Below are positions 46,007 to 55,700 of a stretch of 64,000 nt of DNA, one piece after another (positions within the stretch are counted from its first letter, which is position 1; every line of letters begins with the position of its first letter). This stretch comes from Candidatus Woesearchaeota archaeon (GTDB lineage: Archaea; Nanobdellota; Nanobdellia; Woesearchaeales; 21-14-0-10-32-9). Location of the stretch: the NCBI GenBank assembly GCA_021735165.1, contig JAIPHP010000002.1, positions 5,491-69,490 on the forward strand. The letters are read 5' to 3'. The translations under genes and the position numbers were made by a program. Under the pieces are notes generated by a model that made no database searches, was not told the DNA's origin, and saw only the letters and a list, made by a program, of their open reading frames with translations.

Positions 46007-46370
46007 AGACAAAAATCAAGAAGCAATAATGCAACAACTATACCAACAATACCAACAACTAAATGACCATATAAATAAACTAAACAATGCAAAAGAACAA
46101 TTAGAAAACACAAAACAAGCAATTGACGAATTCGAAAAGATACAAGGAAACGAAGAAATATTAGCACCAATTGCAAATGGAATATTCATAAACGCAAAGT
46201 TATTAGATTCAAAAAAACTAAAAGTAAATGTCGGCAGTGATTTAGTGATTGATAAAACAATAGATGAAACCAGAGAATTACTTCAAAAACAAGAAAAAGA
46301 AATAGATAAAAGTTTGCAAGACGCAACAACGAAACTGAAAGAAATAGAAATGATGTTTCAAGGAAATTAA
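45999..46370 (+). CDS. pfdA: Prefoldin alpha subunit
   Basis: Coiled coil, beta-hairpin (PIANGIFINAKLLDSKKLKVNVGSDLVIDKTIDE), coiled coil. It overlaps eif6 by 8 nt. Confidence 0.7.
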   Translation: MTEDKNQEAIMQQLYQQYQQLNDHINKLNNAKEQLENTKQAIDEFEKIQGNEEILAPIANGIFINAKLLDSKKLKVNVGSDLVIDKTIDETRELLQKQEKEIDKSLQDATTKLKEIEMMFQGN

Positions 46371-46372
46371 AA

Positions 46373-48124
46373 ATGTTCAAATTCTTAAAACAAAAACTAA
46401 ATGGCGTAGTAAAAAAATTCAGTAAAGAAGTAGAAGCAGAAGCAGAAGAGAAAAAAATAGATGAACTTACAGAAGAAGAAAAACAAGAATTAAATAAAGA
46501 AGATATTGAAAAAGAAAAAACGACTGAAACAAAAAAAGAAGAACTCAAAAAAGAAACCGAAAAAAAACAAGAAGATGAAGAAAATAAAAAAAATAAAGAA
46601 GAATTCGAATCAAACAAACAAACACATAAACCAAAAAAAGAAGAAAATGTTGACCTATTAGAGAGGGATGTAGCGCTTAAAAAAGAAGCAGAAGAAATAA
46701 CGACAGAAAAACCAAAGAGCAAACAAAATCTACAAGAAATTGCTCAAAAAACAAAAGAAAAAGAATCAAAAAAAATTGAACACCGAGTTGAAAAAGAAGA
46801 TATAAAAAAATATGAAGACTCAATAAAACCTGAAGAATCTAAAAATCAGGAAAACTTAAAGGAAATAGAAGAAACAGAAGAATTTGATGAAATCGAAGAG
46901 GACAATAAGAAAAACGAAGAAAAAAAGAGTTTCTTTTCAAAATTATTCAAAAGAAAAACAAAAGAAGAACAAAAAATAGACGAACTTGCAGAAGAAGAAA
47001 AACAAGAATTAAATAAAGAAGATATCGAAAAAGAAAAAACGACTGAAACAAAAAAAGAAGAACTCAAAAAAGAAACCGAAAAAAAACAAGAAGATGAAGA
47101 AAATAAAAAAAATAAAGAAGAATTAACAAAAATCTCAGAAGATAAAAAAGAAAAAAACATTCAAAAAACCGCAGAAAAAAAAGAAGAACCAGAAACAAAA
47201 AATCAGGACTTAATAATAGAAGAAATAAAAAAAGAAAAAAAATCATTCTTTTCAAAAGTATCAGATACATTCACAAAAGTACAACTAAGCGAAGAAAAAT
47301 TCGAAGAACTATTCTGGGAACTAGAATTAACACTACTAGAAAATAACGTGGCATTACAAGTAATAGATCTAATAAAAAAAGATCTCAAAGAAGAACTGAC
47401 AACGGGAAAACTATCAAGAAAAAACGTGTCTGAAATAATACAAGACACCTTAAAAAAAACATTAGACAAAGTGCTTACTGTATATCAAATAAACCTAGAA
47501 GAAGATATAAAAAAATCAAAAGCAGAAGGAAACCCATACATAATATCTGTAATAGGCATAAATGGTGCTGGAAAAACAACCGCAATAGCAAAACTAACAA
47601 ACAAACTAAAAAAAGAAGGATTTTCAATAGTATGGGCTGCAGCAGACACATTCAGAGCAGCAGCAATACAGCAATTAGAAGAACACGCAAACAAATTAGA
47701 AATAAAACTAATAAAACACGACTATGAATCAGACCCTGCAGCTGTAGCATTCGACGCAATAAAACACGCAAAAGCCAAAAAAATAGACGTTGTAATGATA
47801 GACACTGCAGGAAGAATGCATTCAAATGATAATTTAATGCAAGAGCTAAAAAAACTAATTCGTGTAAACCCTCCAAACCTTAAAATTTACGTCGGAGAAT
47901 CAATAACTGGAAATGACTGTGTAGAACAAGCAAAAATATACGATGCACAAATAGGTATTGATGCAATAATATTAACAAAAGCAGATACTGATGAAAAAGG
48001 CGGAGCAGCAATATCTATAAGTCATGTTACAGGAAAACCAATATTGTTTCTAGGAACAGGACAAAAATACGAAGATTTAGAAACATTTGATAAAGAAAAA
48101 ATTCTTGAAAGTTTGGGATTATAA
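46373..48124 (+). CDS. ftsY: Signal recognition particle receptor FtsY with a long acidic K/E-rich N-terminal domain
   Basis: NG domain motifs GINGAGKTTAIAKL, DTAGR and TKADTDEKGG, preceded by a ~280-aa KE-rich region that contains an internal direct repeat. Confidence 0.9.
   Translation: MFKFLKQKLNGVVKKFSKEVEAEAEEKKIDELTEEEKQELNKEDIEKEKTTETKKEELKKETEKKQEDEENKKNKEEFESNKQTHKPKKEENVDLLERDVALKKEAEEITTEKPKSKQNLQEIAQKTKEKESKKIEHRVEKEDIKKYEDSIKPEESKNQENLKEIEETEEFDEIEEDNKKNEEKKSFFSKLFKRKTKEEQKIDELAEEEKQELNKEDIEKEKTTETKKEELKKETEKKQEDEENKKNKEELTKISEDKKEKNIQKTAEKKEEPETKNQDLIIEEIKKEKKSFFSKVSDTFTKVQLSEEKFEELFWELELTLLENNVALQVIDLIKKDLKEELTTGKLSRKNVSEIIQDTLKKTLDKVLTVYQINLEEDIKKSKAEGNPYIISVIGINGAGKTTAIAKLTNKLKKEGFSIVWAAADTFRAAAIQQLEEHANKLEIKLIKHDYESDPAAVAFDAIKHAKAKKIDVVMIDTAGRMHSNDNLMQELKKLIRVNPPNLKIYVGESITGNDCVEQAKIYDAQIGIDAIILTKADTDEKGGAAISISHVTGKPILFLGTGQKYEDLETFDKEKILESLGL
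46457..46605 (+). repeat. Intragenic direct repeat in ftsY, copy 1 (~149 bp)
   Basis: Nearly identical (3 mismatches) to 46976-47124. It encodes IDELTEEEKQELNKEDIEKEKTTETKKEELKKETEKKQEDEENKKNKEE. Confidence 0.85.
46976..47124 (+). repeat. Intragenic direct repeat in ftsY, copy 2
   Basis: See copy 1. It is in frame and 519 bp downstream. Confidence 0.85.
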
Positions 48125-48215
48125 AAAACACGCCAATAAAAACATCCCAATAAACAATTTCACCACTAGACAAATTACCAAAACCCTTATTAATGATTAA
48201 ATACTCATCTTACTA

Positions 48216-49391
48216 ATGACAACTTTTTCCCATAGCAGAATATCTAGTTTTGAACAATGCAAACTCAAATATAAATACCACTATATTGACAAAGTCGAAA
48301 CAGAAATTGTTAGAACTATAGAAACCTTCATGGGCGATATAGTTCATCAAACCCTTGAAAAATTGTATAAAGACTTAAAATTTCAGAAATTAAATGAGCT
48401 GCAAGAATTAATAGAGTTTTATAACAATTTATGGATAAAAAACTGGGAAGATGGAATTCTAATAGTTAAAGAACAATACACAGCAGAAAATTACAAGATC
48501 ATGGGTCAAAAAATGATTGAAGATTACTATAAACACTATCAACCATTTAATCAAGCAAAAACTATAGGTCTGGAAACTGAAGATTACTATGAATTAAATG
48601 ATAAATACAAAATTCACGTAAGAATTGATAGACTTTCAAGTCCAGAACCTGGAGTTTATGAAATTCATGATTATAAAACAAACAGCAACATGAAAACCCA
48701 GGAAGAAGCTGATTCTGATAGACAATTAGCAGTTTATGCAATGGGCGTTAAAAAATTATATCCTGATGCTAAGAAAATAAAATTAATTTGGCATATGCTT
48801 GCATTTGACAGAGAAGTTGTAAGTGAAAGAACAAATGAACAACTAGATCAATTAAAAAAAGAAATTATTGAAGAAATAGAATTAATGCTTAAAGAAATAA
48901 ATTTTGAACCAACTAAATCTGCATTATGTAACTACTGTGAGTATCAGAGCATTTGTCCTTTATGGAAACATTTATTTGAACAAAAAAAAGAAGAAATTGC
49001 AGAAGAAACTTTAAATGGAAAAGATTTAGCAGACAATTATGCTAGATTAAAACAATACGAAAAAAAAGTTCAAAAAAAAATGGATGAAATTTCTGAAAAA
49101 ATAAAAAGATATTCTGAAAAAAATAATTGTAGAGTTCTTTTTGGCACAAATAACGCTTTGACTATTTGGTCTAAAGAATCAATTAAGTTTCCCGGAAAAA
49201 ATGATGAATTAAGAAATCAATTTAAGGAAGCTCTTAAAGGACTTAATTTATACGAAAAATATTTAGAAATTGATAATTGGGTTCTTGAAAAAGATTATCC
49301 TAAGCTATCAGATATTGATAAATCAGTATTAGAAAAATTTGGTAAAAAACAAACAATATTTAGGCTTTATTTGAAGGAACGAGATGTTTGA
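48216..49391 (+). CDS. Cas4/RecB-like PD-(D/E)xK nuclease with a four-Cys cluster (stand-alone)
   Basis: One N-terminal Cys (SFEQCKLKY); core motifs EIHDYKT and QLAVYAM; C-terminal C-x2-C-x5-C (CNYCEYQSICP). No CRISPR array or cas genes are nearby. Confidence 0.6.
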   Translation: MTTFSHSRISSFEQCKLKYKYHYIDKVETEIVRTIETFMGDIVHQTLEKLYKDLKFQKLNELQELIEFYNNLWIKNWEDGILIVKEQYTAENYKIMGQKMIEDYYKHYQPFNQAKTIGLETEDYYELNDKYKIHVRIDRLSSPEPGVYEIHDYKTNSNMKTQEEADSDRQLAVYAMGVKKLYPDAKKIKLIWHMLAFDREVVSERTNEQLDQLKKEIIEEIELMLKEINFEPTKSALCNYCEYQSICPLWKHLFEQKKEEIAEETLNGKDLADNYARLKQYEKKVQKKMDEISEKIKRYSEKNNCRVLFGTNNALTIWSKESIKFPGKNDELRNQFKEALKGLNLYEKYLEIDNWVLEKDYPKLSDIDKSVLEKFGKKQTIFRLYLKERDV

Positions 49392-49431
49392 TTTCAGAAA
49401 CCTTATAAATGATTAATTTTTATTAAATTGT

Positions 49432-50376
49432 ATGTCTGAAATTAAGATTGGTGGACAAGCAGTGATTGAAGGAGTCACTATGCGCTCCGAGAATTATGTA
49501 TGCACTTCTGTTCGTAAAGAAAATGGAACTATTGTTTCTAAAATCAGAGCTTTTAATTCTGTCTCAAAGAAATATAAACCACTAGGTTGGCCCCTTATTA
49601 GGGGGATGGTAAATCTTGTTGAAATGATGTCCATAGGTTTTTCTGAGCTTCAATGGAGCGGCAATCAAAGTGTTGACGAAAATGAGGAATTATCTAAAAA
49701 AGAGATTTTTTTAACAATAGCAATTTCAATAATATTCGGCGTGGCTTTGTTTAAGTTATTTCCCTGGTTTTTGGCAAATTCTTTATCCAATCTCATGAAA
49801 TCTAATTACTTTATTTTGAATGTAATGGATGGCATTCTTAAAATAATCATTATTTCTTTATATCTGTATTTAATAAGTTTGATGGCAGATGTTAAAACTT
49901 TATTTAGATATCACGGCGCAGAACATAAAGTTGTTAATTGCTATGAACATAAAAAAAAGTTGACACCTAAAAACGCTCAAAAATTTACAACACTACATCC
50001 ACGATGCGGCACAACATTCGTAATTATTGTTTTTGTAGTGAGCATTTTTGTTTACATTTTGCTTCCACAATCGTTGGATTTTTGGAGTAATTTATTGATT
50101 AGAGTATTATTATTGCCTTTAATTGCAGGTATTTCTTACGAAATCATAAGATTTTCTGGGAAGTATTATGAAAAAAATCTTTTCGTTAGAATCGTCATGT
50201 GGCCTGGTTTGCAATTTCAGAAATTAACCACTAGAGAGCCCACGCTTAAACAATTAGAAGTTGCAATTAATTCATTAGTTGTTTGTATGAATAAAGAAAC
50301 GCGGATTAATCCCCGATCTAAAAGACAGAGCATTTTAACAACATTCACGTTTTCAAATTGCGTGCTATCAACCTGA
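49432..50376 (+). CDS. DUF1385 (YqhQ-like) membrane protein
   Basis: YHGAEHK motif plus several transmembrane helices. Confidence 0.55.
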   Translation: MSEIKIGGQAVIEGVTMRSENYVCTSVRKENGTIVSKIRAFNSVSKKYKPLGWPLIRGMVNLVEMMSIGFSELQWSGNQSVDENEELSKKEIFLTIAISIIFGVALFKLFPWFLANSLSNLMKSNYFILNVMDGILKIIIISLYLYLISLMADVKTLFRYHGAEHKVVNCYEHKKKLTPKNAQKFTTLHPRCGTTFVIIVFVVSIFVYILLPQSLDFWSNLLIRVLLLPLIAGISYEIIRFSGKYYEKNLFVRIVMWPGLQFQKLTTREPTLKQLEVAINSLVVCMNKETRINPRSKRQSILTTFTFSNCVLST

Positions 50377-50422
50377 ATGCGGAGTATTAAACCCCTATGC
50401 TAGGGAGCAATAAAGAAAAAAC

Positions 50423-50818
50423 TCATTCTGTTTCCCGTTCAAATTGATCTTTAGACGCATATTCTTCGAATTTGAATTGATCTATTTTTCTATTTAAATT
50501 TTTTATTTGGTCTTCTTTTACTATTTCTTTTAACTCTCTACCTAATATTTTTTTCTCTATTGTCAAATTTTTAATATCGTCATCTATCTTCTCCATAACT
50601 TTTTTTACCACATCCAGTTCTTCAGTTATTTCGTGTTCAGTTTGTTCTGCTTTTAATTCTCTTAAATCTTGTTGGTTTGTCAGTTCTAAAGATAGTTTTG
50701 CTATTTCATTATATCTTTTTGTTAAGTCGTCTAGTTTTGTTCTTAATTCCTTTGCGGCTTCTAAATCTATACGAGTCATATTATTTTTTGTTTCGCGTTT
50801 GTTAAAAAATCTTTCCAT
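50423..50818 (-). CDS. Coiled-coil hypothetical protein
   Basis: 131-aa heptad-rich ORF. Confidence 0.4.
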   Translation of the reverse strand: MERFFNKRETKNNMTRIDLEAAKELRTKLDDLTKRYNEIAKLSLELTNQQDLRELKAEQTEHEITEELDVVKKVMEKIDDDIKNLTIEKKILGRELKEIVKEDQIKNLNRKIDQFKFEEYASKDQFERETE

Positions 50819-50870
50819 ATGTAGTTATCTTTTTAGAGTAGTTGCAAATCTTTAAATAATAAAATTCTGA

Positions 50871-52550
50871 TTGCATATTAAGTTGGGAGTTAAAAAAGAG
50901 GTAATATACTTGAGCGATGATATTCTACCTCCGAAAAAACCGGGGTTTGAGGGTCAGAATGACAAAATTGATGCTTTTGCTGATGAAGATTCTAATTTAG
51001 ATACTGGAGATGAATATTTTTCTCAAGACATTCCTCAGGATGAGACAGAAAAGCAAAACATATTTTCCAAATTATTTAAACCAAAGAAGAACAATTCTAA
51101 ACGCGAGATTGCAAAGAAAAATGCTAAGAGTTCTAAAGATACTTTGACTGATGAAGATATCAGTAATTTAAGAAATGCATTTGGCTTAGACAATAAAAAA
51201 GAATCCATTCAAGGCAAATTCGAAGATGCAGTCGAATCTGACGCTTTAGACCAATCAGAAAATTTGATTGGCTTATCTAAAACTAAAGATAAAATTTCAA
51301 CAAATTCAGACAAAATAAACAATTATGTTGATTTTGAAGATAAGAAAAACGAAGATACAGATGCTTGGATTGATGGTTCTGATGATGAGTCACATATTGA
51401 AGAAAGCATGCCAAATTCCGCATCAGAAGAACCTTATGATGAAGAAGACTCTGATTTCACCAGCGATGTTGATGAACACTCTTCTAAAAAAGCCAAAGTT
51501 CAAAAAAACAACACTAAAAATAATGCGGAACAAAATGATGAATTAGACGTTGTTTCTAACCCAAATATTTATTTGAAAGATTTGCATAACGCAGCCAAAA
51601 TTGATCATCAAGAATTAATTGAAACCATTGGCCAAACCATTAATTTTGACGACTCTCAAGATAAAATAATTAAGCACGTAGAAAAAGAAGTCAAGCTTTT
51701 AATTAAAAATAAAAATAAAGAGCTCAGATCTGTTTTAAAAACTTCTATGGATAAAATAAAAAAGCAAAGTACTGAATTGAATGCTAAAATAAAAAAACTT
51801 AATGCTGAAACTAAAAAAAATAAGAAAGAAAGAGAAAAAGCCAATACCGAATTAAAAAAATTTTCGGATTCACTAAAAGAACTTAAGAAGCTTAGCAATG
51901 ACGAAGAAAAGATGAAAAAAAATAAGGAAAAACTAAAAGAAGAAATTGTTAAATTAAATGAAAAAAAATCAAAGTTAAAAGAAAACCTTAAAAATGCAGA
52001 AGAAGAAGAACATGTTTGGAACATCAATGCCGAAAAAGCAGAGAAATTATTCAAAGCAAAACAAGAGAGATTTTCTGGAGAGATTAATTCTTTGGCAGAT
52101 AAATTGTCTGAAATTTCTCAAAATGCAGACAAATTATTTGTAAAAATTGAAGCAAAAGCCAAGTTTATTACTGAAAAAGAAAAAGAATATGAAAAACTTG
52201 TAAAAGAAGAAGAAAAACTTTTGGAAATGCTTAAAGAAGAACCTGATCAAAAAGAAAAAAACGTGCTTGCTGAACATTCCGTTTTGGCAAATTCTAATTC
52301 TGGTTCAATATTCGAAAATAGTCCGGATGTTGATTCTGAAGATTTTGGAGAAGAAGATATCTTGCATAAAAAAATAGACGATCTTAGGCAATTAGTAGAT
52401 GAATATGAACTTGAAGATGCTAAGCTTTTGTATAATGAACTAGTTGAAGAAGTAGAAACTTCTAATTATGCTGAAGACTATAAGGAACACGTAAGAAAAA
52501 CCCTTAAAGAAATTTATGAAGATATTGTTCTAAGACTCATACCCCAATAA
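50871..52550 (+). CDS. Acidic coiled-coil hypothetical protein
   Basis: 559 aa with a D/E-rich N-terminal half and a long K/E coiled coil. The listed frame begins at a non-ATG codon. Confidence 0.45.
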   Translation: MHIKLGVKKEVIYLSDDILPPKKPGFEGQNDKIDAFADEDSNLDTGDEYFSQDIPQDETEKQNIFSKLFKPKKNNSKREIAKKNAKSSKDTLTDEDISNLRNAFGLDNKKESIQGKFEDAVESDALDQSENLIGLSKTKDKISTNSDKINNYVDFEDKKNEDTDAWIDGSDDESHIEESMPNSASEEPYDEEDSDFTSDVDEHSSKKAKVQKNNTKNNAEQNDELDVVSNPNIYLKDLHNAAKIDHQELIETIGQTINFDDSQDKIIKHVEKEVKLLIKNKNKELRSVLKTSMDKIKKQSTELNAKIKKLNAETKKNKKEREKANTELKKFSDSLKELKKLSNDEEKMKKNKEKLKEEIVKLNEKKSKLKENLKNAEEEEHVWNINAEKAEKLFKAKQERFSGEINSLADKLSEISQNADKLFVKIEAKAKFITEKEKEYEKLVKEEEKLLEMLKEEPDQKEKNVLAEHSVLANSNSGSIFENSPDVDSEDFGEEDILHKKIDDLRQLVDEYELEDAKLLYNELVEEVETSNYAEDYKEHVRKTLKEIYEDIVLRLIPQ

Positions 52551-52551
52551 T

Positions 52552-53586
52552 TTAGAGTTCGGCAGTAATTGTTTGATGTTCTATCTTGAATTTTGTGTTT
52601 GTAAAAAACTCGGCAACATATATTGCTGATTTTGTGTGTTTTGTTATTTTACTAGTTTTTATTTTTCCTCCAAATAACGCCATCAATTGTATTAAATTAT
52701 CTGCGGTCCACTCATCTACTGCAGGGTGGTTTTGCAGTTGTTCTTTTAATTTATTTATTGTTTCTTCTGCTATTTGTTCTATAGATTTATTCTCTAATAG
52801 CGAATTTGAAGATATTAAATTGTATTCTATTTTTTCGAAGTCTTCATGCTCAGTTACAGCATATACAAATAAAGATGTTTCTTCACTTTCTGTTTCTGTG
52901 TATGAATTTATTATTTTTGTTGGAACTTGAAAGTCTGATGTTAATATTTCTGTTATTTCTATGATTTTTTCATTTATTTTTTCATTTATTTTTTGTTTGC
53001 TTGAATGACAAGTGCCTAGTATTTGTTTTATTTTTCCAGCCTCTATTTTTATTATAGGGTCTATTTTTTTATTTTTTTGTCCAATTGTTATTTGTACTGC
53101 GCCTTTACCTTTTGGATAATATCCTTTTTTAATTGTTGTTATGTTTATTGCACCTATTTGTCTGTAAAACGGCAACATTATTTTTTCTAAGAATTCGACA
53201 GGCATACTCCATTTTACATCTGTTCCGCCAATTATTGTTAATTGATAATTGTTTTCTGCTAATATGCACGGTAAAAGTATGCTTTGTAGCAACAACGTTA
53301 TAGACCCCGCAGTTCCTATATCAATAGTTGTTTTTTTTGATTTATTTAGAGGTCCTGGTATGAATTCAAGTTCTGTAGATCCTAAATAATTTCCAGTCAC
53401 TTTGGAATTTGAAATTTTTAAGGCAGATTCTATGCATTTTAAGTGCTGTTTTGAAAGACCTGGTTTCGCTCTGCTTTTTCTTATATCTATTATTCTGAAG
53501 GGTTTTTGAGTTATTAGAGATAGTGCAAGGGCATTTCTTAGTATTTGGCCTCCACCTTCAGCATATGAACCATCTATTTCTATCAT
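52552..53586 (-). CDS. rtcA: RNA 3'-terminal phosphate cyclase
   Basis: N-terminal EGGGQILRNALALSLITQKPFRI and overall RtcA pattern. Confidence 0.85.
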   Translation of the reverse strand: MIEIDGSYAEGGGQILRNALALSLITQKPFRIIDIRKSRAKPGLSKQHLKCIESALKISNSKVTGNYLGSTELEFIPGPLNKSKKTTIDIGTAGSITLLLQSILLPCILAENNYQLTIIGGTDVKWSMPVEFLEKIMLPFYRQIGAINITTIKKGYYPKGKGAVQITIGQKNKKIDPIIKIEAGKIKQILGTCHSSKQKINEKINEKIIEITEILTSDFQVPTKIINSYTETESEETSLFVYAVTEHEDFEKIEYNLISSNSLLENKSIEQIAEETINKLKEQLQNHPAVDEWTADNLIQLMALFGGKIKTSKITKHTKSAIYVAEFFTNTKFKIEHQTITAEL

Positions 53587-53780
53587 ATTTTTTAGTTAGT
53601 TTCGAGTCATTTTTATTTTTTTTCTATTAGCAGATTAACAAAATTTTCTCTAATAAGAATTTAACATACATTTTTATTTTTTTTGACGTAAATAAAGCGC
53701 AATTTAGCCTTTAATCAGCAAATAAACAGCACATCACTTATGTTTTTTTCTCTTTATCAGTCATTTACCTATAGTTTAGA

Positions 53781-54197
53781 GTGCAACAATATTTAAATAG
53801 TACTAATAATATAGATATAAGTATAATAAGAGAGAGTTTAGGTAAAATGGATGTTGAATCAATAGATGAAATAGTAACAAATGGCGCGTTTATGAAACCG
53901 ACTGGCGAAACAATATATTCTTTAGAAGATCACAAAAAAGCAATAGAATCCGCAATAAAATATCATGACCAATTAAAAAACACTATAAAAAATGATTCTA
54001 AAAATTATTTGAAAACAACCCTGAACAAAATCAAAGATATTTATGCCACAATTTTCAATTACGACTCCAAACTAAAAAAAGACATCACTAAAGATTCACC
54101 AAAAGTATACCATATGAAAACAAAACCATTTATAAGCCCAAAAATAGATTCAAAGACCTCGAACGAATACAACGCATTCAACCAAATGGCTATATAA
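53781..54197 (+). CDS. Hypothetical protein
   Basis: 138-aa ORF with no recognisable motif. Confidence 0.35.
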   Translation: MQQYLNSTNNIDISIIRESLGKMDVESIDEIVTNGAFMKPTGETIYSLEDHKKAIESAIKYHDQLKNTIKNDSKNYLKTTLNKIKDIYATIFNYDSKLKKDITKDSPKVYHMKTKPFISPKIDSKTSNEYNAFNQMAI

Positions 54198-54212
54198 CTC
54201 AGATTCTTCGAA

Positions 54213-55700
54213 TTACCAACTTTTTGCCACATAAACAATATGTTTTGCAGGTTTTCCAGTAATTATACATTTTTTGCCCTTAGCAGATTCTCTTTTGTTT
54301 ACATCCCAAGGAATGCCACAAACATATGCTCCCTGAGTCTCAACTTTAAGAATCTCTGCGGCTTCCTCACCTTCTTTATCAATAGAAAAAAATGGAACTT
54401 TAACAAAACCTCTGTGTTTTTTCATCAATTCTTTTAATTCATCTAAAGAATCTGTTTCTTTTGTGTTGTCTGTAAAATATTTCTTAGCCCTAACACCAAT
54501 ATCTTTATCCACTAACTCAATTTCCTTATTTAATGCGTCAAACAAATGTTCATATTTAACAAATATTTTTTCCGCACTAGTCCTTCTTTTCATAACTACC
54601 TGCGACTTTTCAACATCATTAGGACCTATTTCTATCCTTATAGGCACTCCTTTCATTTCCCACTGATTAAATTTCCAACCACTAGTATTATCTGATTCAT
54701 CTATATACACCCTGTATTTGTCTTCAAGCATTTTTTTAATTTCATAACATTTGTCCATAACTTTTTTATTTTTTGCTTCGTCACTAAAAATAATAGGCAC
54801 AACAACAATTTGGTGAGGAGAAACATCAAACGGCAAAACTAAACCTTGATCATCTCCATGAACCCCAATAATCGCAGCCATTATCCTCCATATGCCAGGT
54901 CCAAAACAAGATTGATGAGCATACTTCTTTTTTTCATCCTTATCAACAAACATTATATCATATGCCTTTGCAAAATTAATTCCCAAATCATGAGTTGAAG
55001 AAAGCTGATTTCTTCTTCCATCAGGCATCAAAGTATCCGCAACATATGTAGCATCTGCTCCTAAAAATGCATCCCATTTAGGTCTTTTAAAAAATATGTG
55101 AGGAATTTTTAATTTCCCACCTATAACGCGCTCCATTATCAAACCATCACTTTCAATTTGTTTCATAACCCCTTCATGTGAAGAATAAACATTATGAGAT
55201 TCCATAAACATAAATTCTCTCCCTCTAAGAAAGGGCCTCGTTGTTTTTTCATTTCTAAAAGTTGTTATTCTTGATTGGTATCTCTTCATAGGTAATTGAG
55301 AATACGTTCTCAACCACAAAGAATACATAGGATAAATTTGGGTTTCTCCAGTAGGCCTTAACGCAACAGGCTCTTCTAATTTTTTTGTTCCAGCTTCAGT
55401 CACCCAGAAAACATCGGGTGCAAATCCTGCGTGTTCTGCTTCTCGTTCTAAATTTTCCTTTTTAATCACCGTAGGAAATAAATAAGGTTCATGACCGTCT
55501 TTTTCAAATTCTTCCTCTAAATATTCATATATTTTTCTTAATATTTTAAATCCCCAAGGCATATGCACTATAAACCCTTGCACACCGTAACGTACATCTG
55601 CCAATTCTGCACCTTCAGGACCCACTATTTGCGTGAACCACTCACTAAAATTTTCAGTTTTCTTTTCAGTTATTCCTATCTGTTTTTTTTGTTTTATCAT
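54213..55700 (-). CDS. proS: Prolyl-tRNA synthetase, archaeal/eukaryal type
   Basis: Class II motifs, RPTGETQIYPMY, and the C-terminal zinc-binding extension ending ...YVAKSW. Confidence 0.9.
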   Translation of the reverse strand: MIKQKKQIGITEKKTENFSEWFTQIVGPEGAELADVRYGVQGFIVHMPWGFKILRKIYEYLEEEFEKDGHEPYLFPTVIKKENLEREAEHAGFAPDVFWVTEAGTKKLEEPVALRPTGETQIYPMYSLWLRTYSQLPMKRYQSRITTFRNEKTTRPFLRGREFMFMESHNVYSSHEGVMKQIESDGLIMERVIGGKLKIPHIFFKRPKWDAFLGADATYVADTLMPDGRRNQLSSTHDLGINFAKAYDIMFVDKDEKKKYAHQSCFGPGIWRIMAAIIGVHGDDQGLVLPFDVSPHQIVVVPIIFSDEAKNKKVMDKCYEIKKMLEDKYRVYIDESDNTSGWKFNQWEMKGVPIRIEIGPNDVEKSQVVMKRRTSAEKIFVKYEHLFDALNKEIELVDKDIGVRAKKYFTDNTKETDSLDELKELMKKHRGFVKVPFFSIDKEGEEAAEILKVETQGAYVCGIPWDVNKRESAKGKKCIITGKPAKHIVYVAKSW

